DNA of 64,000 nt from Lama guanicoe. Its lineage: Eukaryota. This document shows positions 13,877 through 27,009 of the stretch, piece by piece. The stretch covers positions 8,676,970-8,740,969 of the forward strand of contig MU056000.1 in assembly GCA_013239625.1 (NCBI GenBank), in the 5' to 3' direction. How positions within the stretch are numbered: the stretch's first letter is position 1; each line of letters starts with the position of its first letter. The translations under genes and the position numbers were made by a program. Under the pieces are notes generated by a model. It had not been told where the DNA came from. It worked only from the letters and a program-made list of their open reading frames with translations, and did no database searches.

Positions 13877-15329
13877 GGGACATACATGTAAATAATCATA
13901 ATGTACAGAAATGCCTTCAGGAAGATTCCAAGCCTTTCATTAAAACCCAGTGTGACTCTATGTGTGTATATGTGTTTGTATGTAAGGGAGGGAGATCAGA
14001 GAGGCAGAGAGAGTTGTCTGTGGAGCCTATTCATGTTACCCCAAAGACTAATGCTTGGCACATAAGACACAGTCGAATAAGCATGTATTGAGTGCACAAG
14101 GGAGATGAGTTACCTTTGATAAATCTCAGCTGACCAAGATTAGAAGTGCAATGCTATGCACCACCACCAGGGGGCATTCTTGTCTGTGTCTAGCCCAGTG
14201 GGCTGCCTAGAGATTTCTGTCCTCTTACCTACCTCCCTAAACATGCCATACCATCCAACTGGGTTCTGGGTAGCTCCCCTGGCATTCTCTGTATCTGCAA
14301 CCTGTTTCAAACAAAAGGTCTTTGCTTTTGTCCTTCAGATGGGGCCACCAATTGGAGAGCTCTTTTCTCTGAGATTCTATAGGATTCCTCAAGCCAGAGG
14401 TCCTCCCTTCGGTCCTCTATCTCTCACCCATAATTTTAGTGACCTTGTCAGTCCTTCTACATAGATACTATAAATTTGGTTATAAATGTCCCTCTTTCTC
14501 ATTCCCTCAAAGTTTTCATTGTTTGCAGACAGGAGAAGGTACACAGATATATGCCTTTATCATCTCAGAGTTATAATGCCTCCTCTCCTCTACATTGTTG
14601 TTGGCATGCATCTTTGTCATCTGAAATGGCTTGAGGTCACATGGTCGTACACCCCAGTTTTACTGGGATTAGAAAGACAAATGTTATTGTATATACTGAG
14701 GAAAGAGGAGTGTCTTCTTTAAATAAATGACTTTATCTAAATATTTTCTGCAAGAATAAATCAAAAGTAACCCCAAACAAACAATATTGTAAATACTGCC
14801 CCACAATTTCTTACCTTACGTCTAGTCTAAGTACATCTGTATAGCTGTCAAGTAAATTACACTGTGACTTCCTCCTGGAGCTACAGTGAACAAAATCAAA
14901 ACTTAAGTGAGATCATTAATGAGATTTTTCTGGTGCCAGGTCTCTTGATAGGTAACACTTGCTTGAAAGTTTTCTATGCCCAATGCTCTGAGTAGTGGTG
15001 TCAGGTGTGAAGCCTTAGAGATTTCAGTCATTTGTTCCGTTGGTATGAGCCAACTTGAGGAAGGTAGAGGATCATCCAATTATCTAAAAATCATGGTTCC
15101 TGTTGTTAAATATTGGAGAAATAATGTCAACCTTATTAACTCTACTTTGTGACATTTAATAAATGAGGGATTGTCCTTAATCAACCACACTGATGATCTT
15201 CACGCCACACCTTTGAAAGAGAACATGATTTTTATCCTATATTCTAAATTCTGTCAAAACATCTTAAACATTTTTGAGAAATCACTGTTTTTATGGGAGT
15301 ATTTTTGAGAAAATGTTCAGCAAAAACAA

Positions 15330-15782
15330 AAAGCCTGATTTTGGAGAGTTATTCATAATAGTTGGAGGTTAAATATTTTCTGAGGGCAACAGAAAGTTAA
15401 TGGAGAGTTTAAAGCAGGTCTCTTCAATAACAGATGGGCAGCTTAGAAATGGTTTGGGGTGAAAACAGTTTGCAGGATGGACTGGAGTCGAGTGAAGTCA
15501 CGGTGAAAATGAAGGAAAGAGTTACTGCAGTCACTTTAATAAAACCACACAGTGGTCCTGAGCTAAGGAGGGGCAATGATGATGACAAAGAGAATAGACA
15601 CAAGCTGATTAGATATGAAGGAAAATCCAGAGATTCTGGTGGTGAATAGGGGAGGCTGGGAAGGTGAAGACTTTAGAATGACTTCCAAGTTTTGGGGTTT
15701 GGTTACTGAAACTGTGTCAGCACCAGCAACAGTAGCAATTTTATGGGTAAAGGATAGTGGACTCAGACTTGAGCTGGTTAAA
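15330..15782 (+). mobile_element. L2 LINE fragment, left part, interrupted by an L1 (strand tentative)
   Basis: L2-like gaatgacttccaagttttggggtttgg. The same kind of sequence resumes after the L1 at about 17243-17400. Confidence 0.55.
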
Positions 15783-15792
15783 TTGTGTTGCT

Positions 15793-16537
15793 TTCCCACT
15801 GACAATGTAGGAGGGTTCCCTTTTCTCCATACCCTCTCCAGCATTTATTACCTGTAGACTTTTTGATACGGCCATTCTGACCAATGTGAGGTGACACCTC
15901 ATTGTAGTTTTGATTTGCATTTCTCTAATAATAAACAAGACTGAGCATCTTTTCATGTGCCTGTTGGCCATCTCAATGTCTTCTTTAGAGAGATGTCTAT
16001 TTAGGTCTTCTGTCCATTTTTTGATTGTTTTTTTTTTTGATATTGAGCTGTATAAGCTGTTTGTATATTTTGGAAATTAATCCCTTGTCAGCTGCATAGT
16101 TTGCAAATATTTTCTCCCAGTCTGTAGGTTGTCTTTTTGTTTTGTTTATGGTTTCTTTGCTGTACAATAGCGTATAAGCTTAATTAGGTTCCATTTATTT
16201 TTGCTTTTGTTTCTATTAGCCTAGGAGACAGATCAAAAAAAATATTGCTATGATTTATGTCAGAGTGTTCTGCCTATGTTATCCTCTGGGAGTTTTATCG
16301 TATCAGGTCTTATGTTTAGGTCTTTAAGCTGTTTGAGTTTATTTTTGTATATGGTGTTGGAGAGTGTTCTAATTTCAGTCTTTTACGGGAAGCTGTCCCG
16401 TTTTCCCAGCACTACTTAGTGAAGAGACTGTCTTTTCTCCATTGTATATTCTTGCCTCCTTGGTTGTAGATTAACTGCCCATAAGCGTGTGGGTTTGTTT
16501 CTGGGCTTTCTATCCTGTTCCATTGATCTGTGTGTCT
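15793..16537 (-). mobile_element. Inverted 5' arm of a twin-primed LINE-1 (ORF2 C-terminal region)
   Basis: Minus-strand ORFs give ORF2 peptides [26 protein letters not shown] and [32 protein letters not shown]. Confidence 0.93.
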
Positions 16538-16538
16538 A

Positions 16539-17230
16539 TAAACTGGTGCAGCCACTATAGAGGAGTAGGAAGAGTCCTTAAAAACTAAAACTAGAGTTAC
16601 CATATGATGCAGCAGCCCCACTCATGGGCATCCATCCAGAAAAGATGAAAACTCTAAACCAAAAAGACACTTGCACCCCAATGTTTGTAGCAGCGCTTTT
16701 TACAATAGTTGAGGTGTGGAAGGAACCTAAATGTCCATTGACAGATGAATGAATAAAGAATATACATAATGGAATACTACTGGAACGTGTATAATGGAAT
16801 CAGCCATAAAAAAGAATGAAATAATGACATTTATAGCAACATGGATGGACCTAGCGGTTATCGTGCTAAGCAAAGTAAGTCAGATAAATACAAATATCAT
16901 ATGATATCATTTACATATGGAATCTAAAAAAAAATGATACAAAGGAACTTATTTACAAAACAGAGACTCACAGACATAGAAAACAAACTTATGATTACCA
17001 AAGGGGAAAGAGGGGAGGAATAAATTAAGGATTTGGGATTAACAGATACACACTACTATATATAAAATAGATAAACAACAAGGACCTACTATATAGCACA
17101 GGGATATATATTCGGTAGCTTGTAATAACCTACAATGAAAGAGAATCTGAAAAAGAATATATGTATTAAAGTGAATCACTTTGCTATGCACCCGAAACAT
17201 TGTAAATCAACTTCAATTAAAAAGTAAAAA
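16539..17230 (+). mobile_element. Forward 3' arm of the same LINE-1 (end of ORF2, 3'UTR, A-rich tail)
   Basis: taaactggtgcagccactat...cagccataaaaaagaatgaaataatg...gaatcactttgct...cttcaattaaaaagtaaaaa. TSD core ttgtgttgct at 15783-15792 and 17233-17242. Confidence 0.93.
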
Positions 17231-18631
17231 CTTTGTGTTGCTCGTGGAACTTTAGCATGGAACTCGGCAACAACCAGGCACGGATGTGGACCTGGGGATC
17301 TTGGGAAACGTCAGGGGTGACTTGGAGATGGAGAATCAGGGGTTCAGTTAAAATCCAGGGAGCCTGCAGCGGGAAAACAGACGGCTCTAATGATGGAACT
17401 GAAGGAAGCCTGAATATCTTGGAGGGAAAAAGATCTTATTTGATATTATTATTTGCTAAAGTAAAATCAAACAAAATGTCCTTTTCATTAAAATCTGCCC
17501 TCATATAGCTTATGAAAGATTTGCTTTATACATATTAACAAATGTAATGAATTTTCAGAGGATGATATGACATTTGGGCAGAGTCTGTCTGGGAAACATT
17601 GGGAAAGAGAAAATTATTTCTGGTGAAGGGAAAAGTGGCAATAAATCAATACAGGCGTGAAGTTACAGGGAGTTGGCCTAGCATAATTCGTATTTTGATT
17701 GATTGGAGGTTTGCTAGAATATATAAAAAGGAAAGGAAGGTAAAGATGGAAAAATACTTTTGGACAAACCAATGGAATTTGAACCTATGCTATTTAGACA
17801 CTAATTGAACAATATTTTTTGCTATATATTATATTTTCAGAAAATTGTAAAACTTACCATGGTAATTAATTTAACCATTGCCTCACATGTAGGAGCAGAA
17901 AACCCTTTTTAGCATGGTATTCATTTCCATGTCAATACCACTATTTAAAAGTCTTGGAAGTGAATAATAATCTAAATTCACTTGCATAGGAATCTCATTT
18001 GGACCAATATCATCATGTTTATACTCAAAGGAGAGTTAAGAGTTTTTTTTCCCGAGAGATCGATCGGTTTAGCATGGAAGATGATATTCTCAAGATCATG
18101 TAAACATCTCACAAGCAATTTAGGACAGTGAAGACACCGATGTTTCACAACATGGAATAACATGCGGCTTGGATAGTGGCTGAGTATTCAACATTGAAAT
18201 GCATCACTTCTAATAATTTCTTACATTGTGTTTTAAAAATGCAATTCTATGTGAGCATATTTTAATAAATTGCTTGCATACTATTGGGAAGAGAAATCAG
18301 AATTCAAAAGGTGTCACATTTCCATTCTTGAAGCGCTTAATGGAGAGGCTTGATAGTCTAAGTTTTTGACTTGAAAGTCTGTTTTTATCTATTTGTTATC
18401 ACTGTAGTCCTAAAACTAGGCCATCTAAAAAAGTGTGTCATTTTAGCCCCAAATTTTAGACAGGCAGTCTATTTATTTGTACATTAAATCTCACGTGATC
18501 TGGAACAAGGCCTAAGGCACAACACTTTTGGGGATACGTGCAATTGAACCAAATGAGTGAAATGTATTAAATGGACACTGACATGCAATTTGAGTAGCAT
18601 TAACATTGAATTTAATGTAATTTTTCCTATT

Positions 18632-18975
18632 TCTTATTTAGGCATAATTGATGTACAGCATTTTATTAGTTTCAGGCAGGCCGCGTAATGATTTGACATG
18701 TGCTTACATTGCGATTGATCACCACGACGAATCTAATTACCACTTGTCAGCACACAAAGTTACACTTTTTTTTTTTCTTGTGATGAGGACTTTTAAGATT
18801 TACTTTCTTAGCAACTTCCAAATTTGCCAACAGTGTCGTTGACTACTGTTTCCATGCTGTACTTATAACTGCAAGTTTTACCTCTTGATCCCGTTCATCC
18901 ATTTTGCCCACTCCCAACCCCCCTCCCCTCTGGCAACCACCAATTTGTTCTCTGTATGTGTGACTTTTGTGTTTG
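18632..18975 (-). mobile_element. LINE-1 3'UTR fragment (L1MA9/laurasiatherian-type)
   Basis: Contains ttcttgtgatgaggacttttaagatttactttcttagcaacttccaaat and cccctctggcaaccaccaatttgttctctgtat. Confidence 0.85.
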
Positions 18976-19089
18976 TGCAGTCTAACTGTAATAATTCTAC
19001 CTGATAAAACTGAAAAAGGAGAAAAAATTATTCTAAAATTAGTTAGAAATCATCAATGATGTAGGTATGTGGGGGATGTGCAGTTGTTA

Positions 19090-19540
19090 ATTCCAATTTC
19101 AAGGCTAATTGGAAGCTGTAATGACTGAAATATAGTGGACTCAAAAAAGACATAGACAAATGTATCAGTCAAATATAAATGAGAAAGCAATCCATGGATA
19201 TATGTGAACTTCACATATGACAGACGTTAGTTTTACAAAACAGTTGTTAAAAAAAATCCTCTATTCAACAACTAGTATTGGAACAAATTGCTCTGTACAT
19301 GGGAAAAAGTGAACTAGATTTCTACTTTACCCATGTACCCACAAAAAAGTCCAAACTGAAACAATAGCTAATGTTTAAAATATTATTAAAATACAAGAAA
19401 GTATAGGAAGATACTTTTTTTATCTCAAGGTTGACAAAGATTTCCTAAAGACAGAATACAAAGCATAAACTTTGAAGGAAAAGTTTGCTATATTTGAGTT
19501 AAACCCAATAGAACTTCGGTGTGTGCCACTGATTATAAAG
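19090..19540 (+). mobile_element. Old L1 (L1ME-like) ORF2 fragment
   Basis: A-rich diverged sequence with ctattcaacaactagtattggaacaaattg and caaagatttcctaaagacag. Confidence 0.55.
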
Positions 19541-19659
19541 ATTGTTTGTGATAACAATACCAAACAATGACCATTAATATGCAAAAGGCTATAGATATTC
19601 AAATGCTACCTTCTTAATACGGGGGAAGACTGCACAGTAGCACCATAAATGAATATGTG

Positions 19660-19881
19660 TAGTTGACACTTGAACAACGTGGCAGGGGGCTTATGGGTGC
19701 CCACCCTTTGTGTAGCTCAAAATCTTCATATAATTTATAGTCTGCCCTCTGAATCCATTATTTGGTATCCATGGATTCAGCCAACCACAAAGTCTGTAGT
19801 ATTATGATATTTCGTATTGAAAAAAAACTACATGTAAGTGGACCTACACGATTCAAACCTGTGCTGCTCAAGGGTCAACTG
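19660..19881. mobile_element. TcMar-Tigger non-autonomous DNA transposon (Tigger2a/MER8-like)
   Basis: Terminal inverted repeats agttgacacttgaacaac and gtgctgctcaagggtcaactg, followed by TA. Internal catggattcagccaacc and gtaagtggacc motifs. Confidence 0.88.
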
Positions 19882-21377
19882 TAATCTGGAGTAAATTGCA
19901 GAAATATATTTAGTAAAAACAGATAAGTTGCAGAATGACGTGAATAGACAGGTAGTATTTATGCTGTGCACAAACAAAAACAATGATAAAATTGTTGACC
20001 TTTACATTTCTAGATGTGAGAATAGGAACTTGGAAGTCTGCGTCTGCAAAGCGGGAAGCAAAATGAAACTGGTGAGTGGGGATTAAATGACTTTAACTTT
20101 ATCTATGATGCTTCAGACTAAACACTCAAAGGAAGATAAAGTAACAAAATGTGAACAAACAGAAATTGAGGATTGTTGGCAAGTAGAATTTTTATACTGT
20201 TTTTGTGTTTTGTAGTATTTTTCTCTGTTTTCTCAAAACGAAACCTCAAACAATTGCTAGAAACAATGATTGAATAAAAGAAGTGTTGAGATTCCTAGGG
20301 CAGGAAAGCTCTGTGCCCTCTTCTCAAGAATAGGACATTTTCGGTAGCAACAAGCATGCTCAAAGAAACCCTCATAGATCAGACACAAACAGTGCCAAAA
20401 CTGATGGATTAGAAACAGAAAAATGCACCTGCCACACACATAGCACGCTGCTTCTCAGGTTGTTCGTTCGGTTTTCCAGAATTTTGGTAGAATGGGAAGA
20501 ATCCAAATTGACTAAAATTATCTCCTCCGCCCTATAAAGGTCAAAACAGAACTTACTTCCATTGCAGAAAATTATGAAATAACATTTTTATGGAGACGTT
20601 TAAACTGATACTTATTTCAAATGCCACATATATCCTTTTCTTGCCAACTTTTATTACTAGTTGGGTTAGCTACAGCCTGGTTAATTTATCTCAGTCCTTA
20701 GACAATCAGAGTATTAATGACCATGACTGAAATTGTATGTGTGTATTTATACAGGTAGGATATCATAGGTAAATTATGCACGTAAGACAGTTTGCTGCTT
20801 CTCATTCTGAAGATGGAATGTATGTAGAAAACACTTTCTCTTTGTTCAGTCTAAAATCTGATGCTTCACTGACGTAGTTATAGCTGCTAAGAATAGCCAA
20901 CATTTAATTGTGTGAGCTACAATTTTCATCTTTCAAGGTCATGCTTATAATAGAAATACTAATTGATTGTTAGCACTTATAGGCTTTTTATCTTCTAAGT
21001 ATTTTACCAACAATTAATTTAGTGCTCTCACGAACCATGGGGACCCTAACTTCTGTAGGATACAAGGAAGGTTACATTAGGCACTTTGGGAAGGAAATTC
21101 GATCAGTATATGTCTTCACATACATTTGCAATATTCATCAACATAATTAGGGGAAATAAAAGGGAAAAACACGTATAATTCAGCTTATCTTTATTGTGAA
21201 GTTGTTGATTTCTAGAAAAAAATGCCCTACTTTTCATTTCCTAAATTAAAATGCAATAAATTCAACTTTAATTAAGTGTGGAATTTAATCGCTTGTTGTG
21301 ATTCATTGAAGGAAAGCTGTAAGTAGGCTACAAGTCAACTTACATCACTGTAGGAGTTCATAATTATTTCTGATACG

Positions 21378-21462
21378 TACATTTTATTTCAAGCGTTTTC
21401 CATATTTTATTTGTTGAGCTGTTATATACATTTTATTTCAAGATTATTCCATACTTTATTTC
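21378..21462. repeat. Imperfect tandem duplication, period 49 bp
   Basis: tacattttatttcaag....ttccata.tttattt occurs at 21378 and 21427. Confidence 0.8.
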
Positions 21463-22089
21463 TTTTAAAGCACAACTTTTATATTATGACCATTTTTTGG
21501 GTAATGGTTGTTTTGAGCACTGAAGCCATTGTGGTACTTTTGCTATGATGTTAATATCACATTATTTTATTGTAACCTGGAACTTTCTGGTTATTTGCAG
21601 TCAATTAAAACTAAACATTTAATAATACAGATGTGGGCAAAAAATGACTCTGCAAACTTTCTCTCCAAATTAATTTCATGCCTACAAAATTTGAATAAGT
21701 TGGTATGCTTGGGGGAAATTTAATTGTGAAAAACTATTTATTATTTTTTTAACTGTTAAGTAATCTGAAAGAGTCATCATTTTTAACTTTGATTTTATAT
21801 TTCTGCTTTATCAGTGATAATAGAGCCACATTTCATATAGTAAATGCACAGAAATGATTCACCTGAGCATTTTAATTGGATTCACCTCCAGAATTAACTT
21901 GGCATATGGATAATATGAGAATATGGGAAACACACCTCTCTCCTTAATCAGTAGAGAGAGTTGTCTACCATTTTTAGAGTAAAAAGCCTTTCTTCTTTGG
22001 GGATTTGGCTGCCTAAAGTCATTAAAGTTGCCATCATTTCTAGAAAGAGTCAGACGAAAGTTCCAATTTAGTTAATGTCGTAAGAAGCC

Positions 22090-22198
22090 TCTTTTTCTCT
22101 CCCCTCCTCCCCTCCCTCTCTCTCTCCCACCTTTCCTTTCCGTCCTTCCCGCCTCCCCTCTTCCTTCTCCTCCTTTCTCTTTTCCTCTGCCCCTTTTC
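22090..22198. repeat. Polypyrimidine (C/T) low-complexity tract
   Basis: About 105 nt almost entirely C/T on the + strand. Confidence 0.9.
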
Positions 22199-23076
22199 AA
22201 AAACAGTTGTGAGTGTTGGCTCGATCAGTCCCCAGTTCCACCAACACAGCTGTTTTGCAGGTGCTGTAATAGGATTCTACACAGATACCTTTGGAAAGTA
22301 TTTTATACAGAATCTGCAGTTGTAAATATGAACCTTCCTTCTTACCGGGGGAAAAATTCCATGTGTCTTGCTAAAGCTCTGCCTGCAGGAGAGAGTAAAG
22401 AGGTATAGGAAATTTAGCAAAATAACTATCATTGAAAAAAGTTATCTTTCTCTTGGAAAAATCAGTTATAGTTATCATAAATCTTAATCTGGTGCATAAT
22501 TTACCAACTGTTCAAATACTTCACTATAAAGTATACAGGTCTACAAAATAAACGTCTTGGATCTCACACCCATCTACACAGTCAAATCTTTTAATTAGTT
22601 GGTGCTTTAATTTAAAAAAATAGAATAATTATGCTTTTCTGCCACTGATCAAGTTATCCAAAAGCCGAGTTTCTCTCTCAGTCTTTGTCATCATTTGGCT
22701 AATCTGGCCCAGCATTTAGGGCTTTTTGTTTCAATCAGGGGATCGTTACCTGCCAATAATGAGTTCACTAATGAATAGCTTCAAAGATCAATGTTAGCCT
22801 TCTCTTGGTGCAGTTTAAAAATCCCTCCCAAGGGCTTGTCTAGGAAAAGATTCACAGATAAATAATCTGCTCTTTCCTGGACAAAATCACTGTTTCTAGT
22901 GATGTTACAGGTTCAATAAATTATTGGCATAAACTTAAGGACAACTTTTCTAGCATCACCGATGCAATTGAGGACTGACGGGGACACAGAGGGTTCGACT
23001 TCCTTCTAGTTTAGAGACTTTAGGGAATTCTAACTGCACGTCCCAGCCTGCACAGTAGGAATAATTCCAACATTTC

Positions 23077-23530
23077 TGTGGTGGATAAATAATAACCCCC
23101 CAAGACCCACATGCTAATCCCTGGAACCTGTAAACAGCCTCCTGTAATAAAGGGGGCTTTGTAGGTGCAAGTAAGTGCTTTGAGATCGGGATTTATTTGA
23201 GTGGGCAACTGCCATCACAAGTGTCCTAAAAAGAGAACCAGAGGGAGATCTGACTACAGTGGAGAAGAAGGCGATGTGACTATGGAGACAAATTACAGTG
23301 ATGCAGACAGGAGCCAGGGCATGGGGATGGCCTTTGGAAACAGAAGAAACAGTTCAAAATAGATTCTCCGCTGGAGCTTCTAGATAGAACCAGCCTTCCT
23401 GAAACCTTAACTTTATCCCAGTGAAACTGATTGCAGACTTCTGGCCCCAAGAACTGTACAAGAGCAAATTTGTGTGGTTTTAAGCCTCAGTTTGTGGTTC
23501 TGTTACAGCATCTCTAAGGAAACTAACACA
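23077..23530 (+). mobile_element. MaLR solo LTR, MLT1C/MLT1D-like, near full length
   Basis: TG...CA ends. Contains ctaatccctggaacctgt, agattctccgctggagcttctaga and cagacttctggccccaagaactgt, and ends ggaaactaacaca. Confidence 0.88.
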
Positions 23531-26500
23531 ATATTGTTTAAAACCCTTTGCTGTTCAAAGTTTCTGCAAGTCACTCTAAGCCAGTGCATGATTGATCAAA
23601 CAGGTATGGAACACGTGTCTCTGTTCACATGGCTATTCTTTAGAAATAGTGACAATTTTCGTTTTAGTGTTCCTTTAATATGCTTATATATTTGTTCACT
23701 TTTTTTTTCAATTTTCACAAAGCAATCACTGACACTTTTCTATTTACCTGCAATGCAAACAGCTCACCTGGTTCTTAAACATAATTCATTTTCTACGTGA
23801 CACTATACACAAGTTAAAATTCTTTTAGAAATGTGTTTGTAACTAAGACATTTGGCTCTATAACAATAAAATCTCTTCTGCTTTGCAGTTGGAATATTTA
23901 AAAATTCAGAGAAGGGATGTCTCCATTTTAAAATCAGCTTGACATTTCACTATCCATATTCGATTGGGTGAATTTCAGTAAGTTAAAAAAAAAAGATGTG
24001 AGCCTTATAAAATGCAGGGTACCATCTTGGTAGCAGATTGCACAAGAAATCTCTGATCACACTTGTAGAAAACTATTGTTTTAACAATCTACTCCCCAGA
24101 TTCACAGACTAAAATGTATGCATATCAGAAACATTCATAAAGCAATTTAACAATTATGCCGAGCATAGCAACGTGTGTGAATCGGTCTAAATGTGTGCCT
24201 AATCTTGTTTTATAAACATTCCCAACTAGTCATGGAGAAGAGGGTCGGAGAGCCTGGAAATAATCAGTTGAACTAAGTCACCTCAGTTTCTGAGTCTCAG
24301 CTTTTCCCCATAAGTGGGGAGATTGAGCTATATTTCTCCTCTTGGCTGTAAGGATTCTGGAGATTTATGGTCAAATTAATTAAAAAAACAAACAAACACT
24401 AAAACCTCTTCTTGTGACTGTTAGCTCCAAATCCTGGTGCTGGTCACGGAAGGATGGTTTATACCAGCAGGGAACTACTCATCTGGGTTCTATAACCAAA
24501 AATACAGCTGGCCTGTTATTCTCACACACATGGCTAATAGTGTCTTTCCTTTTAATGAGACATTCAGTTGGTTATTTTCAAAGAGAGGGTTAACATATAT
24601 TTTTAAAAATTACACAGGAACTAGAAGCAAATTCTTCTAAGTAGACATGCCTATGTAAATGACTTGCAATTATGATTGATAAGAAAAATGCACACACCCG
24701 TTAATGACCCATGCGTGCCCTCAGGGGGTCACAGAGACCCCTGTGACTTCCCCACGTCCACTCCAGAAATGGAAGATCAATGGTAAGTTACCTGGCATGT
24801 GTCATGTAATCCTTAATGCTTTCATCCCCCAGGGAAAATCCAAGCAAATGTCCTGTGTGTGCGTGTGCGTTTGTGGGAGTGTGAGTACCTGCAGGATGTG
24901 GGGGGTAGAAGTGGGGATAGGAAACTGATCTCATATCCACAAATCTACGCCAGGGACTCTGACCTATTTTCTCTTAGAATTATGCGCTGGATTTTATTTC
25001 TGATTACACGGGCATTTCAAATCAAAGCATGATTTTTTCATGGGATTTTATACACCTAATGCAAGTCCACACTCTCACAGAATTTTAAGAGGTGGTTTGG
25101 GCAGAGGGCCAAAGAGTCTGGAAGAAAAGCGAATGGAGCCTTTGCAGGGAACTGGATTTCAGTGATTAAGGAGACCCCGAAAGATAAGCTGCTGCCGGCT
25201 TTTTTAGGAAATGTCCTGCGGGAACACTAGACCGGGGGCAGTTTAAGTGGGTCCTTCACCACGGCAGCTGGTGGCTCTGTCCCTGCAGGTTCCTCATCCC
25301 TGGTGGAACTGGGTCCTCTGGAAAGTTAAAAGGGTCTCCTGGACCCTCCCCTCCACTTCCTTCCTCTCTAAACTGAACATTTCCTCCCTCAGACCCCAGA
25401 CCACATAGCGATGACCTTGGCGTCATTTTAAATCAGGATGCTCAAAATGGTGTCATTAAATTGTGGGTCCCTGCGTTTTCCCTTTTGAGTTGTTCCAACA
25501 TAAAAAGCCTTTTACTGAAATGGGGGAGAGGGACATGGTGAATCGTTCTAATTCAGCCACCTTTGATACTGCATGGAGCTCTTGGGGGGCAGAGAAGAGA
25601 CACAAAGTGGCCTAAGACAAATGTGCCCCTCTAGTCTGGAAGGGTTGATGTAGGTCACCTCCTCCAGCGCCTATCATTTGAGTATGTGGTCCATTCAATG
25701 GGACAATCTGGGCATGGCCTAAGTGATGACTAACACAGCAGCTCTCAGGTACGCTGAGCCCCTTGAAAGGTGAAACCTTCCCCCATCAGAGGATGGAAAG
25801 TCTTGGAGAGCCCCTCGCCTATCTGCTTTCTCTTTGGTAAGAAAAAGTTCATTGGTCACTTTACATCACAAATACAGTCACATGTCACACTTAGAATGTT
25901 CACTCCAAGGTGTTAACGATCAGGAACTTGACTCCACATTTTGTTACAGCTTTGCCAGCTCCAGCCCCCTGAGAGTGGGCTCCAGCACTATGGGTCTTTG
26001 CTCTTTTGCCTACCAGTGTCCTCTACCCCGCACCCCGCAAGCCTGCAGGTCCATTTCTGACTTTTCCAGGAACCAGGCAGAGATGAGCAGAGTGGCAGGT
26101 CCTTCTTGAACAGGCAGATTTAGGAATTCATTGTCTTCTGGCCCCTTAGTGAACTCTGTGCTCTTTTCCATGACTCTGCCTCTCTTGGCCGCCGCTCATT
26201 TTACCTGGAGAGATGCTTCCTTGTTCTGGGTGCTGGCTTGCCAGTTATTCCAAGTCTCTAGGACTCAACATTCACCTCCAGCTTCTTGTATCCTGTGGAA
26301 CACAAGCCAAGCCAGCGGTCTCTTCCACAGCCTCACACCTGCTTCTCAGACGATTTTCGCTTTCTCTTGCCACTTCTCGTAGCAGGCTACAGGTCCCCTG
26401 CGTTTCCCAAGTGCAGGAAGTACCAATCCAAGCTTTACTCTGAGCGATCCCTGGAAGCAGGAGGAGAGGGGCTACAAAGGCAAGGACATAAACGCAGAGG

Positions 26501-26904
26501 TCTGAGCCAGTCGTCACGACTTCACGTTGCAGTGACTTTACAGGCTGGGAATCCTTTAGGTATAATGTGAAAACTTTAAAAACTAGATTCCTTCACCCTA
26601 AAACGTCTCTCACCGCGCTGTGTTAAGATGTGCGAAATCTGTGCTACTAAAGCAATGACCCTGGTTTCATGCACGTATTCTTCAGGTTAACATTAAATTC
26701 AGTTCAAATCAATAACATGGTATCGAATTATCAATATATTCAAAGGACCTTGTGAAGACCTCCAGGGCATTCCAACTTCAGTGAAGCGGTGGCTGGGTTT
26801 TAAGAAGCATAGAATTCAGGTGACAAAATCAGCCAGCTGCACAGAGAGAAAGGGACCTTTCATGGAGAACCCAGTCGCCACCACATTCTGTACAACAATT
26901 GCAG

Positions 26905-27005
26905 GTGGTTTTCTTTATTGTGCTCATTGTACAGATGAGGAAAATATCAAGAGGTTGAATAATTGCCCAGATTACAGGGGGAGAAGAGGCAGAGCCAGGT
27001 TTCTT
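26905..27005 (-). mobile_element. MIR SINE fragment
   Basis: ctcattgtacagatgaggaaaat...aattgcccag...ggcagagccagg, the antisense MIR core. Confidence 0.7.
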
Positions 27006-27009
27006 GAGC

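Noticed and set aside
15741..16621. Minus-strand ORFs with real protein similarity ([18 protein letters not shown])
   Set aside because: These are fragments of a truncated, disrupted L1 ORF2 and are reported as a mobile element, not a CDS.
26213..26570. Cluster of overlapping ORFs, one with a signal-peptide-like N-terminus (26272-26517, minus)
   Set aside because: Locally higher GC explains the open frames. There is no recognisable domain, splice structure or poly-A/TSD of a retrocopy.
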